Shown here piece by piece: positions 53,133 to 62,599 of a DNA stretch of 64,000 nt; within the stretch, counting starts at the first letter, position 1, and every line of letters starts with the position of its first letter. The stretch is from Enterobacter phage EC152: sequence record PP681140.1, one strand, 5' to 3'. The translations under genes were made by a program, and so were the position numbers. The notes beneath the pieces are model-generated. The model was not told where the DNA came from, did not search any database, and was given only the letters and a program-made list of their open reading frames with translations.

Positions 53133-54545
53133 ATGGCTTATAATGATAAGGTGGTTGACGTTACGGTCACGCTTGGTACTCAACCAATCGACACCAAAGG
53201 GTTTGAAACCCCGCTGTTCCTGGCTATCCACAACGTCTTCCCTGAACGTTTTCGCGCGTATACCGAACTCGATCAGTTAGTAGATGATGGATTCGCTCCA
53301 GGTTCCCCAGCTTATGTCTTCGCAACAAAAGCATTCGCTGGTACATTCCGTCCTCAGTACCTGATGGTTGGTCGTCAAGGCTTCACTAATACCATCGTGG
53401 ACTTCACTGGACAGGTCAATACCGACCCTGAAGCGCCTGTAGCCCTGAACGTAGTTTCCGGTGCTTATCAGACTAGCGCTATCGTGGCGGTAACTGGTGC
53501 ATCTACCCCAACCAGTATTGCTACCGCTCTGGCAGCATCTCTGAATGGTGATGCAACACTGACCACTGTTTTAACTGCAACTGCAAGCGCAGGTGTGGTA
53601 ACAATCGCTCCTAAGAATGGTGGTGCATTCAGCGTCGGTCGCGACAGCGGGAACATGACTATCAGCAACACCTCAAGTGAAACTGTGTCATCTGTTCTTC
53701 CTCAGATCCTGACTGCAACTGAGAACTGGTACTTCCTGAGCACCGAGTCTCACACCAACGCATCCATCCTGGCTGCTGCTGCATTTGCTTCTGCGAACTA
53801 CAAGCTGCATGTGTATGCGACTGCTGATGAACTGGTTAAAACTGCTGGTAGCAACTCTATTGCTAACCAACTGAAAGCTCTCCAGTACGATACTTCTATC
53901 GGTATGTATGATCCGCTTGCGGATAGCGCATTCTCTGAAGGCGGTATCATCGGTGCAATGGCTTCCAACGATCCTTCTTACGGTGACTCTATTCACCTGA
54001 AGACAATGGAAGGTGTAATTGCCCCTACCCTGAGCGCTACAGACCGTATGACCATTTGGGGACAAAACCTGAACTTCTACCGTATGATTAACGGTGTTGG
54101 TTCCTTCTACGAAGGCAAGTGTGCTTCTGGCAACTACGTAGACGTTGTTCGTTTCGGTCACTGGCTGAAGTTCCGCACAGAAGAAAGCGTGTTTGGTTAC
54201 ATGTCTCGTCGTTCTAACATGGGTCTCTCCATGAAGATGAGTGATGACGATCTGCCAAACCTGAAGTCTGTGATGATGAACAACCCAATCAACGTTGGTA
54301 TCTCCAATGGTTCAATCCTAACAGGATACGATGACGTTAACAAGGTGTTCTACGATCCGGTAATCACAATTCCGCTTCGTGCATCCATCCCAACTAACGA
54401 TCTGGCTGCTCGTACTCTGAACAACGTGAAAGTGGAACTTGTGTACAACACACCACTGCACTTCGTTAAGATCCGCATGACCGTTCTGTTAGATAAAACA
54501 GGGTCTAGTTCCGGAAACGGTCAGACTGTAACAGCAGGAGTGTAA
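53133..54545 (+). CDS. major tail protein (tail sheath or tube; 470 aa)
   Basis: The order (large tail protein, 157-aa protein, two chaperones, tape measure) fits a sheath-tube arrangement. Confidence 0.45.
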   Translation: MAYNDKVVDVTVTLGTQPIDTKGFETPLFLAIHNVFPERFRAYTELDQLVDDGFAPGSPAYVFATKAFAGTFRPQYLMVGRQGFTNTIVDFTGQVNTDPEAPVALNVVSGAYQTSAIVAVTGASTPTSIATALAASLNGDATLTTVLTATASAGVVTIAPKNGGAFSVGRDSGNMTISNTSSETVSSVLPQILTATENWYFLSTESHTNASILAAAAFASANYKLHVYATADELVKTAGSNSIANQLKALQYDTSIGMYDPLADSAFSEGGIIGAMASNDPSYGDSIHLKTMEGVIAPTLSATDRMTIWGQNLNFYRMINGVGSFYEGKCASGNYVDVVRFGHWLKFRTEESVFGYMSRRSNMGLSMKMSDDDLPNLKSVMMNNPINVGISNGSILTGYDDVNKVFYDPVITIPLRASIPTNDLAARTLNNVKVELVYNTPLHFVKIRMTVLLDKTGSSSGNGQTVTAGV

Positions 54546-54548
54546 TAA

Positions 54549-55022
54549 ATGAATACAGCTATCCTAACACCGTATGCTTACGACCCTAAAAAAGTCAAGC
54601 TATACCTGATGACTCAGCGTGTTACTGGATTTGCCGCAGATACCAAGATCGTCGTTGCTCGTAACGAAGATAACATCATCCCCCACATGGGGGTTGATGG
54701 TGAGCTATCCGCTGCACTGTCTCGTAACCAATCTGGTGTTATGACAGTTTCTCTCCAGAACACCGCTTCTTGGAACGGAAACTTCGCAAACTGGCAGAAA
54801 CAAGCCTCCATCACCGGGCTGATTTTCTTCCCTGTCCTTCTTGAAGGTTCTCAGGGTATGGGTCTCAGCACTATCGGTTGGATTCAGAAACAACCAGATC
54901 TGACCTACGGTACAGAAGTGGGCCAGATGGACTGGGAAATCGGTATCCTCGACGCTTGGTTAAGCCCAGATACTCTGTCTTCCGCAGGCTTCGGTCTTGC
55001 TGGTCTTGCAGGTATCGTATAA
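54549..55022 (+). CDS. tail tube-like protein
   Basis: 157 aa, immediately after the large tail protein. Confidence 0.4.
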   Translation: MNTAILTPYAYDPKKVKLYLMTQRVTGFAADTKIVVARNEDNIIPHMGVDGELSAALSRNQSGVMTVSLQNTASWNGNFANWQKQASITGLIFFPVLLEGSQGMGLSTIGWIQKQPDLTYGTEVGQMDWEIGILDAWLSPDTLSSAGFGLAGLAGIV

Positions 55023-55097
55023 GTGTTTCGTGTGCCACATGGACGTGGCCTTTCACACACGTAAGGATCTCTCAATCTCAAAGACGCAGGAGCGTAC

Positions 55098-55571
55098 ATG
55101 AATATCAGACCAACAACTGAAATCGACCTCGCAGGTCACAACTTTGTTATCACGCACTGGTCTCCTTCCAAGGTTATGAAAAACCTTCCGAAGATCGGTC
55201 GTTATGTAGCAGTCCCTATGGCAACCATCTCTGGTTCCATGATGACTGGAGGCCAGAACCTTTCTGACGCTCTCCCAACTGCTATTCTATACCTCTTTGA
55301 ACAGATGGAGCAAGATGATATCGAAAAACTTTTCGCATTGATTCTTGAGGATGTATCCGTTGATGGTATGGCGGGTAAAGTAGATATTGACGCTCTGTTC
55401 CAAGACAAAATGTTAGACCTCATTAAGCTTGTTGCTAAAGTTCTGGAGATCAACTACGGCTGTTTTTTCACGAAAGACGGTTTCGCAGACCTTCAGGGAC
55501 TTCTGGGACGCCTGGGACAGACCCATCAAGTGAATACGGTGGATCAGGCGACGGAAGTGGCAGCGGAGTAA
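55098..55571 (+). CDS. tail assembly chaperone (gpG-like)
   Basis: Position upstream of the tape measure. Contains the slippery T TTT TTC at 55463-55469. Confidence 0.5.
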   Translation: MNIRPTTEIDLAGHNFVITHWSPSKVMKNLPKIGRYVAVPMATISGSMMTGGQNLSDALPTAILYLFEQMEQDDIEKLFALILEDVSVDGMAGKVDIDALFQDKMLDLIKLVAKVLEINYGCFFTKDGFADLQGLLGRLGQTHQVNTVDQATEVAAE

Positions 55572-55849
55572 CACCGTCCAAAATTTCGAAAGTCGTCCTG
55601 AGAGCTATGGATTATGCAAAGAAAAATAGCTCACTGACTTGGTTCGATTACTTGTGGTGTCGTGCTCTGAAAAGTTTCAAAGGGGAATCTTATATGTCCC
55701 TTGAACATGCGGATATGGCCTATCTGCTCAGGCTGAATGAATTTCTTGATGTGGAAGAGTTTGTCAACGATGTCCACGAGAGAGAGGAAGATAGTAAAGC
55801 AAAAGCTGCTCAAGCCGCTAGCAAGCCGCGCCGTGGTAGAAGAGGTTAA
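55463..55849 (+). CDS. predicted -1 frameshift extension (gpT-like), fused to 55098..55468
   Basis: The -1 frame is open from the slippery site through track ORF 55607..55849. It encodes a Gly/Ser-rich linker and a basic C-terminus. Confidence 0.45.
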   Translation, partial: FFHERRFRRPSGTSGTPGTDPSSEYGGSGDGSGSGVTPSKISKVVLRAMDYAKKNSSLTWFDYLWCRALKSFKGESYMSLEHADMAYLLRLNEFLDVEEFVNDVHEREEDSKAKAAQAASKPRRGRRG

Positions 55850-55854
55850 TCTCA

Positions 55855-55888
55855 AGCCGGGTTCCTTTTCGGGAACCTGGCTTTTTTA
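55855..55888 (+). terminator. hairpin plus T-tract immediately upstream of the tape measure gene
   Basis: GCCGGGTTCCttttCGGGAACCTGGCTTTTTTATT. Confidence 0.6.
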
Positions 55889-55902
55889 TTGAGAGGAAAT
55901 CA

Positions 55903-58293
55903 ATGGCGAACATTATCGTAACCCAGACAGTCAACAAAGTCACATGGGACGTGGACAAGACCTCTTTTGGTCGTGCCATGAAAGCTGTGAAGTCTTTGAA
56001 GACAGAATGGGAAAAAGCTGGTAAAGCATTCTCTGCCAGCAAGTCAGACCCCGCAGCAGCACTAAAGCGTTCAGCAATGCAAGCTCGCCTTGTCAACAAA
56101 AGACTGCAACAGACTGAACGTGCTGAACAAGCAAAGACTACGGCCCACAACATCGCTATGGCGAAGAAAGAGGCTCGTGCTCGTGAAGCAATTGACAAGA
56201 TCCAGAGAGCACGTAGAAAGCAAGCTGTGTCTCAACTTACCGCAAGACGTTCACCAGAGTCTCAAGCTGATTATAATGGACTAAAATCCCGTCTGCGTGA
56301 AATGGAAAAAACGGGTGGCGGTTACGGGACTAACCCTGCAATTTCTGCTGCACGTCAAGCAGCCCTGCAAGAAGAACTGGCGCGTCGTTCCAAGTCTGGA
56401 AATGCTTCAGGAATGGTTGGTAATTCAACGATGTCAGATCCTTCTGTAATTGCTCGTCAGAACAGAGCGATGCAGCAGAGCGTACAACGTGAGCAAGCCA
56501 AGGCCTCTAAAGAGCAGATCCGTGCTCGTGAACAAGCCCGTAAGAAACAAGAAGCGGAAGACCTTCGTTATTCTCGTTATCTGGCTGGGAAAGAATCCAC
56601 TGTAGCTAACGCTGCTGTACGTCTTCGTGCTAAGTACGGCGATAACTACGCAAGCAAGCTGAAGGGGTACGATTCCATGAAGGAACGTTTCCTTGACAGT
56701 AACACCATGAAGTCTTCTAACTTCCGTGCTGAACTGGCTGCTATGGAAACCGGGCTTCGCAAAGCAAACATGAACACCCTATCCCTGACAGATGGGCTGA
56801 AGAACCTGCGTAGCACACTGATCAGCGTAACCGCTGCTTACGGAGCATTCAATGCTGCGGCGAGTGTTGTGAAAACAGGTCAGTTCTTCCAGGGTATGGA
56901 AGCTACAATGCTGATGGTCTCCGATGACTCCGCAGAGGCAGGTAAGCGTCTGAAATTTGTTCGTGATCAATCCTACCGTTTAGGTCTTGACCTCAAGGTA
57001 GCTGCACAGGGTTACACCCAAATGGCTATCGCTGCTAACGGTGTACTGACTAAATCACAGAACGATGAACTTTTCAAGGCATTTTCTGAATACTCCACAG
57101 CCCTTCAGGTTGACCCGGTTAAATACCAACGTGGTATCACGGCGATCCAACAGATGATGGGTAAAGGTCAGATCATGGCTGAAGAACTGAAGCAACAGCT
57201 TGCCGAAGGTATCCCTGGTTCTTTACAGGTGTTCATTAAGGCATCTCAGGAAGCTTTCAATGACTCAACCATCGACGTTACCAAGATGCTGGACATGATG
57301 CAGAAAGGTGAACTGAAAGCTGCTAAAGTCCTTCCTTTTGTAGCTAAGTATTACTCTGAAGCCGCAAACAAGGGTGGTGCTCTTCAGAAAGCCCTGCAAG
57401 GTAACCGTGTTGCAATGCAGCGTCTGACATTAACATGGATGGACTTCCAGAACAAGATCTTCCAGAGCGGGTTTGGGGAATCTCTGACAAGTGCGTTTAA
57501 CGAACTTGCAAAAATCCTTGACTCAAACGGGCCTCTGGCTCAGAATCTGGGACAATTCTTTGCTGGATTCACCGATGGTTTCATGGAGATGGTGTACACT
57601 GTATACAACACATTCGTCCTGATCCAGGGTATCATGGAGCGCTACATCCCGATCTTCCGCAAGAACGGTGAAGAGCTTTCCTCTGCTTGGAAATGGGTTG
57701 GTTGGGGAGTTGGTGCTCTATTCTTCGCTTCAGCACTTATCCGAGTATTTAACATCCTTGCCAAAATCGCAGGTCTCTCTGGGGCATTAAGTTTCCTGAA
57801 GACTATCTTTGGAGGCCCTGATGATGAAGGTGGCGGTGGAGATGGCAAGAACAAGAAGGGGAAAGGCCCCCGTTTCAGTAAGCTTGGTAAGGCCGCTCGT
57901 TGGTTAGGTCTCTACGGACTTATTGCCGGGGAAAGTATGATTGCTGGAGACTATGTGTTTGACAAAGCACAGGACTACAGTGACTCTACTTACGGAACTG
58001 AAACGACAGCAGGAGGCAACCTGAAGAAAAACTCCTGGATGGGCCAAACTTGGGACTTCATCACCGGACAGAGATCAATGACTGACCAGCGCAGACTTGA
58101 TTATCTGAACCAGAATGGTATGGTTCCTGGACCAGCAGGGGCAGCAACTCCTCCGATGGTCATTCCGACTGAACCTGTTAGCGGTGAGATTACGATCAAA
58201 ATCGACGCAGGCGAAATGAAGAACATGATTGACCAGCAGATTGAAGCTGCAAACATGGGTAACATCAACCTAATCCTTGGTGTTCCTCAATAA
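55903..58293 (+). CDS. tail tape measure protein
   Basis: 796-aa product with a coiled-coil N-half, hydrophobic segments (WVGWGVGALFFASALIRVF) and a Gly-rich region. Confidence 0.75.
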   Translation: MANIIVTQTVNKVTWDVDKTSFGRAMKAVKSLKTEWEKAGKAFSASKSDPAAALKRSAMQARLVNKRLQQTERAEQAKTTAHNIAMAKKEARAREAIDKIQRARRKQAVSQLTARRSPESQADYNGLKSRLREMEKTGGGYGTNPAISAARQAALQEELARRSKSGNASGMVGNSTMSDPSVIARQNRAMQQSVQREQAKASKEQIRAREQARKKQEAEDLRYSRYLAGKESTVANAAVRLRAKYGDNYASKLKGYDSMKERFLDSNTMKSSNFRAELAAMETGLRKANMNTLSLTDGLKNLRSTLISVTAAYGAFNAAASVVKTGQFFQGMEATMLMVSDDSAEAGKRLKFVRDQSYRLGLDLKVAAQGYTQMAIAANGVLTKSQNDELFKAFSEYSTALQVDPVKYQRGITAIQQMMGKGQIMAEELKQQLAEGIPGSLQVFIKASQEAFNDSTIDVTKMLDMMQKGELKAAKVLPFVAKYYSEAANKGGALQKALQGNRVAMQRLTLTWMDFQNKIFQSGFGESLTSAFNELAKILDSNGPLAQNLGQFFAGFTDGFMEMVYTVYNTFVLIQGIMERYIPIFRKNGEELSSAWKWVGWGVGALFFASALIRVFNILAKIAGLSGALSFLKTIFGGPDDEGGGGDGKNKKGKGPRFSKLGKAARWLGLYGLIAGESMIAGDYVFDKAQDYSDSTYGTETTAGGNLKKNSWMGQTWDFITGQRSMTDQRRLDYLNQNGMVPGPAGAATPPMVIPTEPVSGEITIKIDAGEMKNMIDQQIEAANMGNINLILGVPQ

Positions 58294-58300
58294 TTTAAAG

Positions 58301-58320
58301 GGGCTTCGGCCCCTTTTTTA
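58301..58320 (+). terminator. GGGGCTTCGGCCCC plus T6 terminator
   Basis: aaaGGGGCTTCGGCCCCTTTTTT. Confidence 0.7.
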
Positions 58321-58349
58321 TTGTTTTATCTCAAGATTTATGATAAAAT
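58321..58349 (+). promoter_or_regulatory. promoter TTGTTT-N17-TAAAAT (TG extended)
   Basis: ttgttttatctcaagatttatgaTAAAAT. Confidence 0.4.
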
Positions 58350-58374
58350 CGTAACATGTATAATGGGAGGACTC

Positions 58375-59247
58375 ATGGCATTTGTATCCAACAACCAGTC
58401 CAAACCGCAACAGGGCAAGGCCACGGCTAACGTCGAGAAAAAGGTCAGTACAGCCCAGGAAGCCAGCGGTGAGGTGCAATATACGCTCTTCGCCAGTGGT
58501 CTTAACTACGGCGGTAGAAACGTAGAACTAAAGGACAAAAACTACACCAACGACCTCGCGATCATTTTCGACGTTGTTGAACAACACTCTTACACACGCA
58601 CAGTTGATAAGACATCGTATGCTGTTGAAGAAAAGGTAAAATTCAGTGACCACGGTGTTATTGAGGATGGTAAATTCTCTTTCAGTGCCAGAGTCAACTC
58701 ATCCCCTGTTTACCTGATCGAAAACAACTACCTCGACAAAGACACTGACGATCAAAACCCGGTTGCATCTCGTCGTCCAGAGAAGGCTCTGGAGATCCTT
58801 GAGAGGCTGATCACTGACCGCCAGATTGTCACCCTTGTCACCGAAGATAAGATCATTGAGAACTATATCCTTACCTCGATGGAAGCCGCTCGTAGCAACT
58901 CTGATGGTGCTGCTCTGGTGTTCCAGCTTGAATTTACGGAGTTCCGTACATTCACCCTTGGTAAGACAGCCCTTGCAACAGTGTACTCCGACCCTAAAAA
59001 GTCAGGTGGTAAGACCAAGCAGAAGGGTTCTCAACAATCTTCAGCAACAGACAACGAAGTTGAAGTAACAGCCCGACGCACTAAATTTGCAGGCCCAAAC
59101 AAAGATGGCTGGCAAAGGATTGCTGAAGCTATGGACTCAGGCAACTTCACCAAGCAAGACCAGGTTATCGGCACACTTACCCCAGATGGTAAAATTCGTG
59201 GTGCTGACGGGTCTATCATGGACTACAACAAAGCAGTGGGGAAATAA
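58375..59247 (+). CDS. tail/baseplate protein
   Basis: ATG at 58375 after GGGAGG. The track ORF includes the promoter region. Confidence 0.45.
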   Translation: MAFVSNNQSKPQQGKATANVEKKVSTAQEASGEVQYTLFASGLNYGGRNVELKDKNYTNDLAIIFDVVEQHSYTRTVDKTSYAVEEKVKFSDHGVIEDGKFSFSARVNSSPVYLIENNYLDKDTDDQNPVASRRPEKALEILERLITDRQIVTLVTEDKIIENYILTSMEAARSNSDGAALVFQLEFTEFRTFTLGKTALATVYSDPKKSGGKTKQKGSQQSSATDNEVEVTARRTKFAGPNKDGWQRIAEAMDSGNFTKQDQVIGTLTPDGKIRGADGSIMDYNKAVGK

Positions 59248-59597
59248 TGTCAGCTATTACTTTCTCATGGGACATTGACGGGTTCGCTGACCAGACCATG
59301 CGTGTGGTTCTGGACAGTCAGACCTATGAAATGCGCTTCCAATGGAACGAGCGAGATGAGTCTTGGCTAGTTTCCTTTGGTGATGTTGGTCAAACGCCAA
59401 CAATCTCTTTTAAACTTACAACAATTTTCGACATCTTTGCCCCTTTCAAATATCTGGAGAATATCCCGTCCGGGCAACTGCGTGTCTTTTCTTTTACACA
59501 GTCAACCAAACGCGTTGGTAGATACAATATCGGATTCCTGTCTGACTTGCAACTCCTTTATTCATCTCCTGACGAAGAGTTAACTGGCGAGGAGTAA
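59247..59597 (+). CDS. baseplate/tail protein
   Basis: TAATG coupling. Confidence 0.45.
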   Translation: MSAITFSWDIDGFADQTMRVVLDSQTYEMRFQWNERDESWLVSFGDVGQTPTISFKLTTIFDIFAPFKYLENIPSGQLRVFSFTQSTKRVGRYNIGFLSDLQLLYSSPDEELTGEE

Positions 59598-59599
59598 TC

Positions 59600-60589
59600 A
59601 TGCCTTCTTACAGAACACGAACATTCAAACTCACAATCGGCAAGCCCGTGTATATCGGGCAAAAGCCGACTAACATCTCTGACTACACCAACCAAAACAC
59701 GAAAGATGCGTATGTCGTCAGTAATGAAACTGGCGCTGCAAACATCGAGTTTGAGGTGAAGAAAGATAACTCAAAAGACCCTAACAAGGGGTATGTTACC
59801 CTTTACAACCTGTCTGATGAAACAGTAAGTTATCTCGATGCTAACCAGCGTGAGTCAATTGCTATTGTTCTGGAGGCAGGTTTCGATGGGGAAAACCAGA
59901 CAATCTTTTCCGGAACAGTTGAATTTGTTCAGGATAAATGGGATGGACATACTCGTCAGACGAAGATGATCCTTGGTGATGCAACAACTAACATCATGAC
60001 GGCTAAGACTGCGAGATCTTACAAGAAAGGTACACCTATGGACACGGTGCTTAACGATCTTGTTTCCGACTTGAAACTCCCTATTGGTAAGGTGGTTAAG
60101 TTCGGTAATCAAACTCTCCAGCAGTCGATGGCCTTTACCGGAAACGCTGCAAACAACCTTGAACGCCTAGCAAAGAACACGGGTTCTACTTTTAGTGTTC
60201 AAGATGGTGCTGTGTATTGGACCACACAGGGTAAGCGTTTCCGTAATGCTGTTTTTGAAATCAGTGCGGAATCCGGGATGCACGACTCACCAACCCCACA
60301 AAACCCGGAACCAGCAAAACGCCGCCTTGAGAAAAAGAAGAAGTCTAAGAGCAAGCCAAAGACCAGCAAGGGTCCTAGCCGTGCTGAGATCAAGGAAGAC
60401 GCTGGGCTTGTTGTAGTAACAGAACTGAACGGTGCGATCATTCCTGAAAGCACGATTTATTTAAAAAGCCAGAAGTACACAGGCTTCTACAAGGTAGTTT
60501 ATCTCACCCATAAAGGTCAGCTTGAAGGTGGCGATTGGGTGTCTGAAATAGGCCTTGCTGAAACCCGTGGTGGTATTGTGGAGGAATAA
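59600..60589 (+). CDS. baseplate hub-like protein
   Basis: GAGGAG RBS. 329 aa. Confidence 0.45.
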   Translation: MPSYRTRTFKLTIGKPVYIGQKPTNISDYTNQNTKDAYVVSNETGAANIEFEVKKDNSKDPNKGYVTLYNLSDETVSYLDANQRESIAIVLEAGFDGENQTIFSGTVEFVQDKWDGHTRQTKMILGDATTNIMTAKTARSYKKGTPMDTVLNDLVSDLKLPIGKVVKFGNQTLQQSMAFTGNAANNLERLAKNTGSTFSVQDGAVYWTTQGKRFRNAVFEISAESGMHDSPTPQNPEPAKRRLEKKKKSKSKPKTSKGPSRAEIKEDAGLVVVTELNGAIIPESTIYLKSQKYTGFYKVVYLTHKGQLEGGDWVSEIGLAETRGGIVEE

Positions 60590-61290
60590 TGGCTTCAATT
60601 CAACGTATGGATGCTGCACTAAACCAATGGTTTGCTCGTCAAGCTCGTGATATCCACACAGGCTTGAGGGCCAGGGTTGTGGATGTGGATTATAGTGTAC
60701 CATCAGCAACCGTACAACCACTGGCCTCAACTAACTTCGATGATGGCACCGTAGACGCTTATCCTGCTGTTTTTGATGTTCCCCTGTCCATGCCTTCGGC
60801 TAACGGGGGAAAAGCTCGCCTGACGCTTCCTGTGAAGCCTGGTGACGTTGTAGGGCTATCATTCTCTGAACGCAATGAGGGTGATGCAAACGACACGACA
60901 ACTCACGGACTTTTCCCCGGCTGGTCAATCATTGGCGTACACAGCGATGGTAATGCAATGACCATTCACCCGGACAATGTGGAGTTATGGAACGACACTG
61001 TTCATTTCTCAATGACTCCGGATGGGGACTTTACTTTAACAGGTCCTCAAGGGACTTTCAAGGTAGATAAGTCTGGTCAAATGCAATTCACAAATGGTGC
61101 TGCAACCTTGACAGCAAAGACCGATGGTAATATCGAAATGAATGGTGCAAAGATCACCCCTGACGGGAACTTAATCACCGCCCGTGGCGTTAACATGAAT
61201 GATTTCTATGATTACTTCATGCGACACACCCACCACTACACATGGACGGACGGCTCTGGTCAGAGTGATACTGCCCGACCTAACGCATAA
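60589..61290 (+). CDS. baseplate central spike (gpV/gp5-like) candidate
   Basis: 233-aa beta-rich protein. ATGG overlap. Confidence 0.4.
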   Translation: MASIQRMDAALNQWFARQARDIHTGLRARVVDVDYSVPSATVQPLASTNFDDGTVDAYPAVFDVPLSMPSANGGKARLTLPVKPGDVVGLSFSERNEGDANDTTTHGLFPGWSIIGVHSDGNAMTIHPDNVELWNDTVHFSMTPDGDFTLTGPQGTFKVDKSGQMQFTNGAATLTAKTDGNIEMNGAKITPDGNLITARGVNMNDFYDYFMRHTHHYTWTDGSGQSDTARPNA

Positions 61291-61299
61291 GGGGAATAA

Positions 61300-61917
61300 A
61301 TGGCAACTCTTTATTCTGACCTTCTAATGGACCCGGTTACTGGAGACCTTGATGTCTCCACGGGTCTTCAGATCATTGAGTCCAACCAGACAAGCCTCCG
61401 TCAAAGACTGTGGCTTCGCTTCAATATCTGGGCTGGAAACTGGTATTTCGATGAGACCTTTGGTTTCCCATACCGAACATATCTGAGCAAGAAGGTAATG
61501 AAAACTGTCCTTGACAACAAGATCAAGGAAGTAACTCGTCTTGAGCCTGACGTGCTTGAGATCACCTCGTTCCACTCTTCAATGGATCGAACCACACGTA
61601 GCTACCAGGCCTTCTTCGAAGTAACAACTAAAGAACAAGAGGTTGTAAGACTTGCTTTCGTGGGTCAGGATGAGTATTATTACCCAATCCCTGATGAAGG
61701 TGCAACGGTTCTGTGTGATGACGATGGTTGGATTACGTGGGCTAACAAGCTTTACTACCTGATCAACTTCCGTCTGCCTCGCACTGGCGATGCTACATGG
61801 TGGAACACCTGGGCTGGTACTGATATTGATAACCCAATTCCAGTCGGTAGCCTGATGGATGACAAGAACAACGTCATCACCACTGAAGATGGCAAGTCCA
61901 TTAACCGTAACCACTAA
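61300..61917 (+). CDS. baseplate protein
   Basis: AAGGGGAATAAATG RBS. Confidence 0.4.
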   Translation: MATLYSDLLMDPVTGDLDVSTGLQIIESNQTSLRQRLWLRFNIWAGNWYFDETFGFPYRTYLSKKVMKTVLDNKIKEVTRLEPDVLEITSFHSSMDRTTRSYQAFFEVTTKEQEVVRLAFVGQDEYYYPIPDEGATVLCDDDGWITWANKLYYLINFRLPRTGDATWWNTWAGTDIDNPIPVGSLMDDKNNVITTEDGKSINRNH

Positions 61918-61927
61918 GGGGTAAATA

Positions 61928-62599
61928 ATGGCAGATGTTGCATTTCCAACAGTGAAGGTCTCTGACCTTCCTACTGCCGTCACCGTTTCCGGTGGCGATT
62001 TTGTTGTTACCGATCAGTCAGATACTACCAGAAAAGCCTCCCTGGATACAATTGTTTCCAAAATGAGCTTGACAAGAGTGGTATTCTTTGCTGAAGGTGG
62101 CTACCTTGAGTCTAAGAAGGATCTCGCTTTCTTTGCGACTGACGGTAAGTATTACACATGGAACGGTACTTATCCAAAGACAATTCCAATGGCTTCTTCC
62201 CCGGCAACAACCGGGGGTATTAGCTCTAACGCGTGGCAGGAGTTTGGTGCCAGTGGTGGTAGCTCAACAGGGAAAGTTGTAAATCTTGGCAATGTCCAAG
62301 GGACAGCAACATGCAACCTGACACTTGGAGATACCTTCATTGCTAACCTTACGGCAGGGCAGTGTGTGGTTGGTATCACTAATCCATCCACGGCACAGGG
62401 TGTCTCTCAAGTATTCACCCTTTCCTTGACTCAGGGTACGGGTGCAAACCTTGTATCTTGGCCCAGCAACATCAAGTGGAATTATGGACGACTACCAGTT
62501 CTTTCATATAAAACCGGGGTGCGAGACATCTTCCAGTTCGTCACTTATGACGGGGGAAATACATGGTTCGGCTCCCTCATTATGGCAGGAGTTGAGTAA
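61928..62599 (+). CDS. baseplate/tail fibre protein
   Basis: AAGGGGTAAATAATG RBS. Confidence 0.4.
   Translation: MADVAFPTVKVSDLPTAVTVSGGDFVVTDQSDTTRKASLDTIVSKMSLTRVVFFAEGGYLESKKDLAFFATDGKYYTWNGTYPKTIPMASSPATTGGISSNAWQEFGASGGSSTGKVVNLGNVQGTATCNLTLGDTFIANLTAGQCVVGITNPSTAQGVSQVFTLSLTQGTGANLVSWPSNIKWNYGRLPVLSYKTGVRDIFQFVTYDGGNTWFGSLIMAGVE

Noticed and set aside
55607-55849. Independent 80-aa gene
   Set aside because: It is better explained as the -1 frameshift extension of the upstream chaperone gene. Its own ATG has only a weak RBS.
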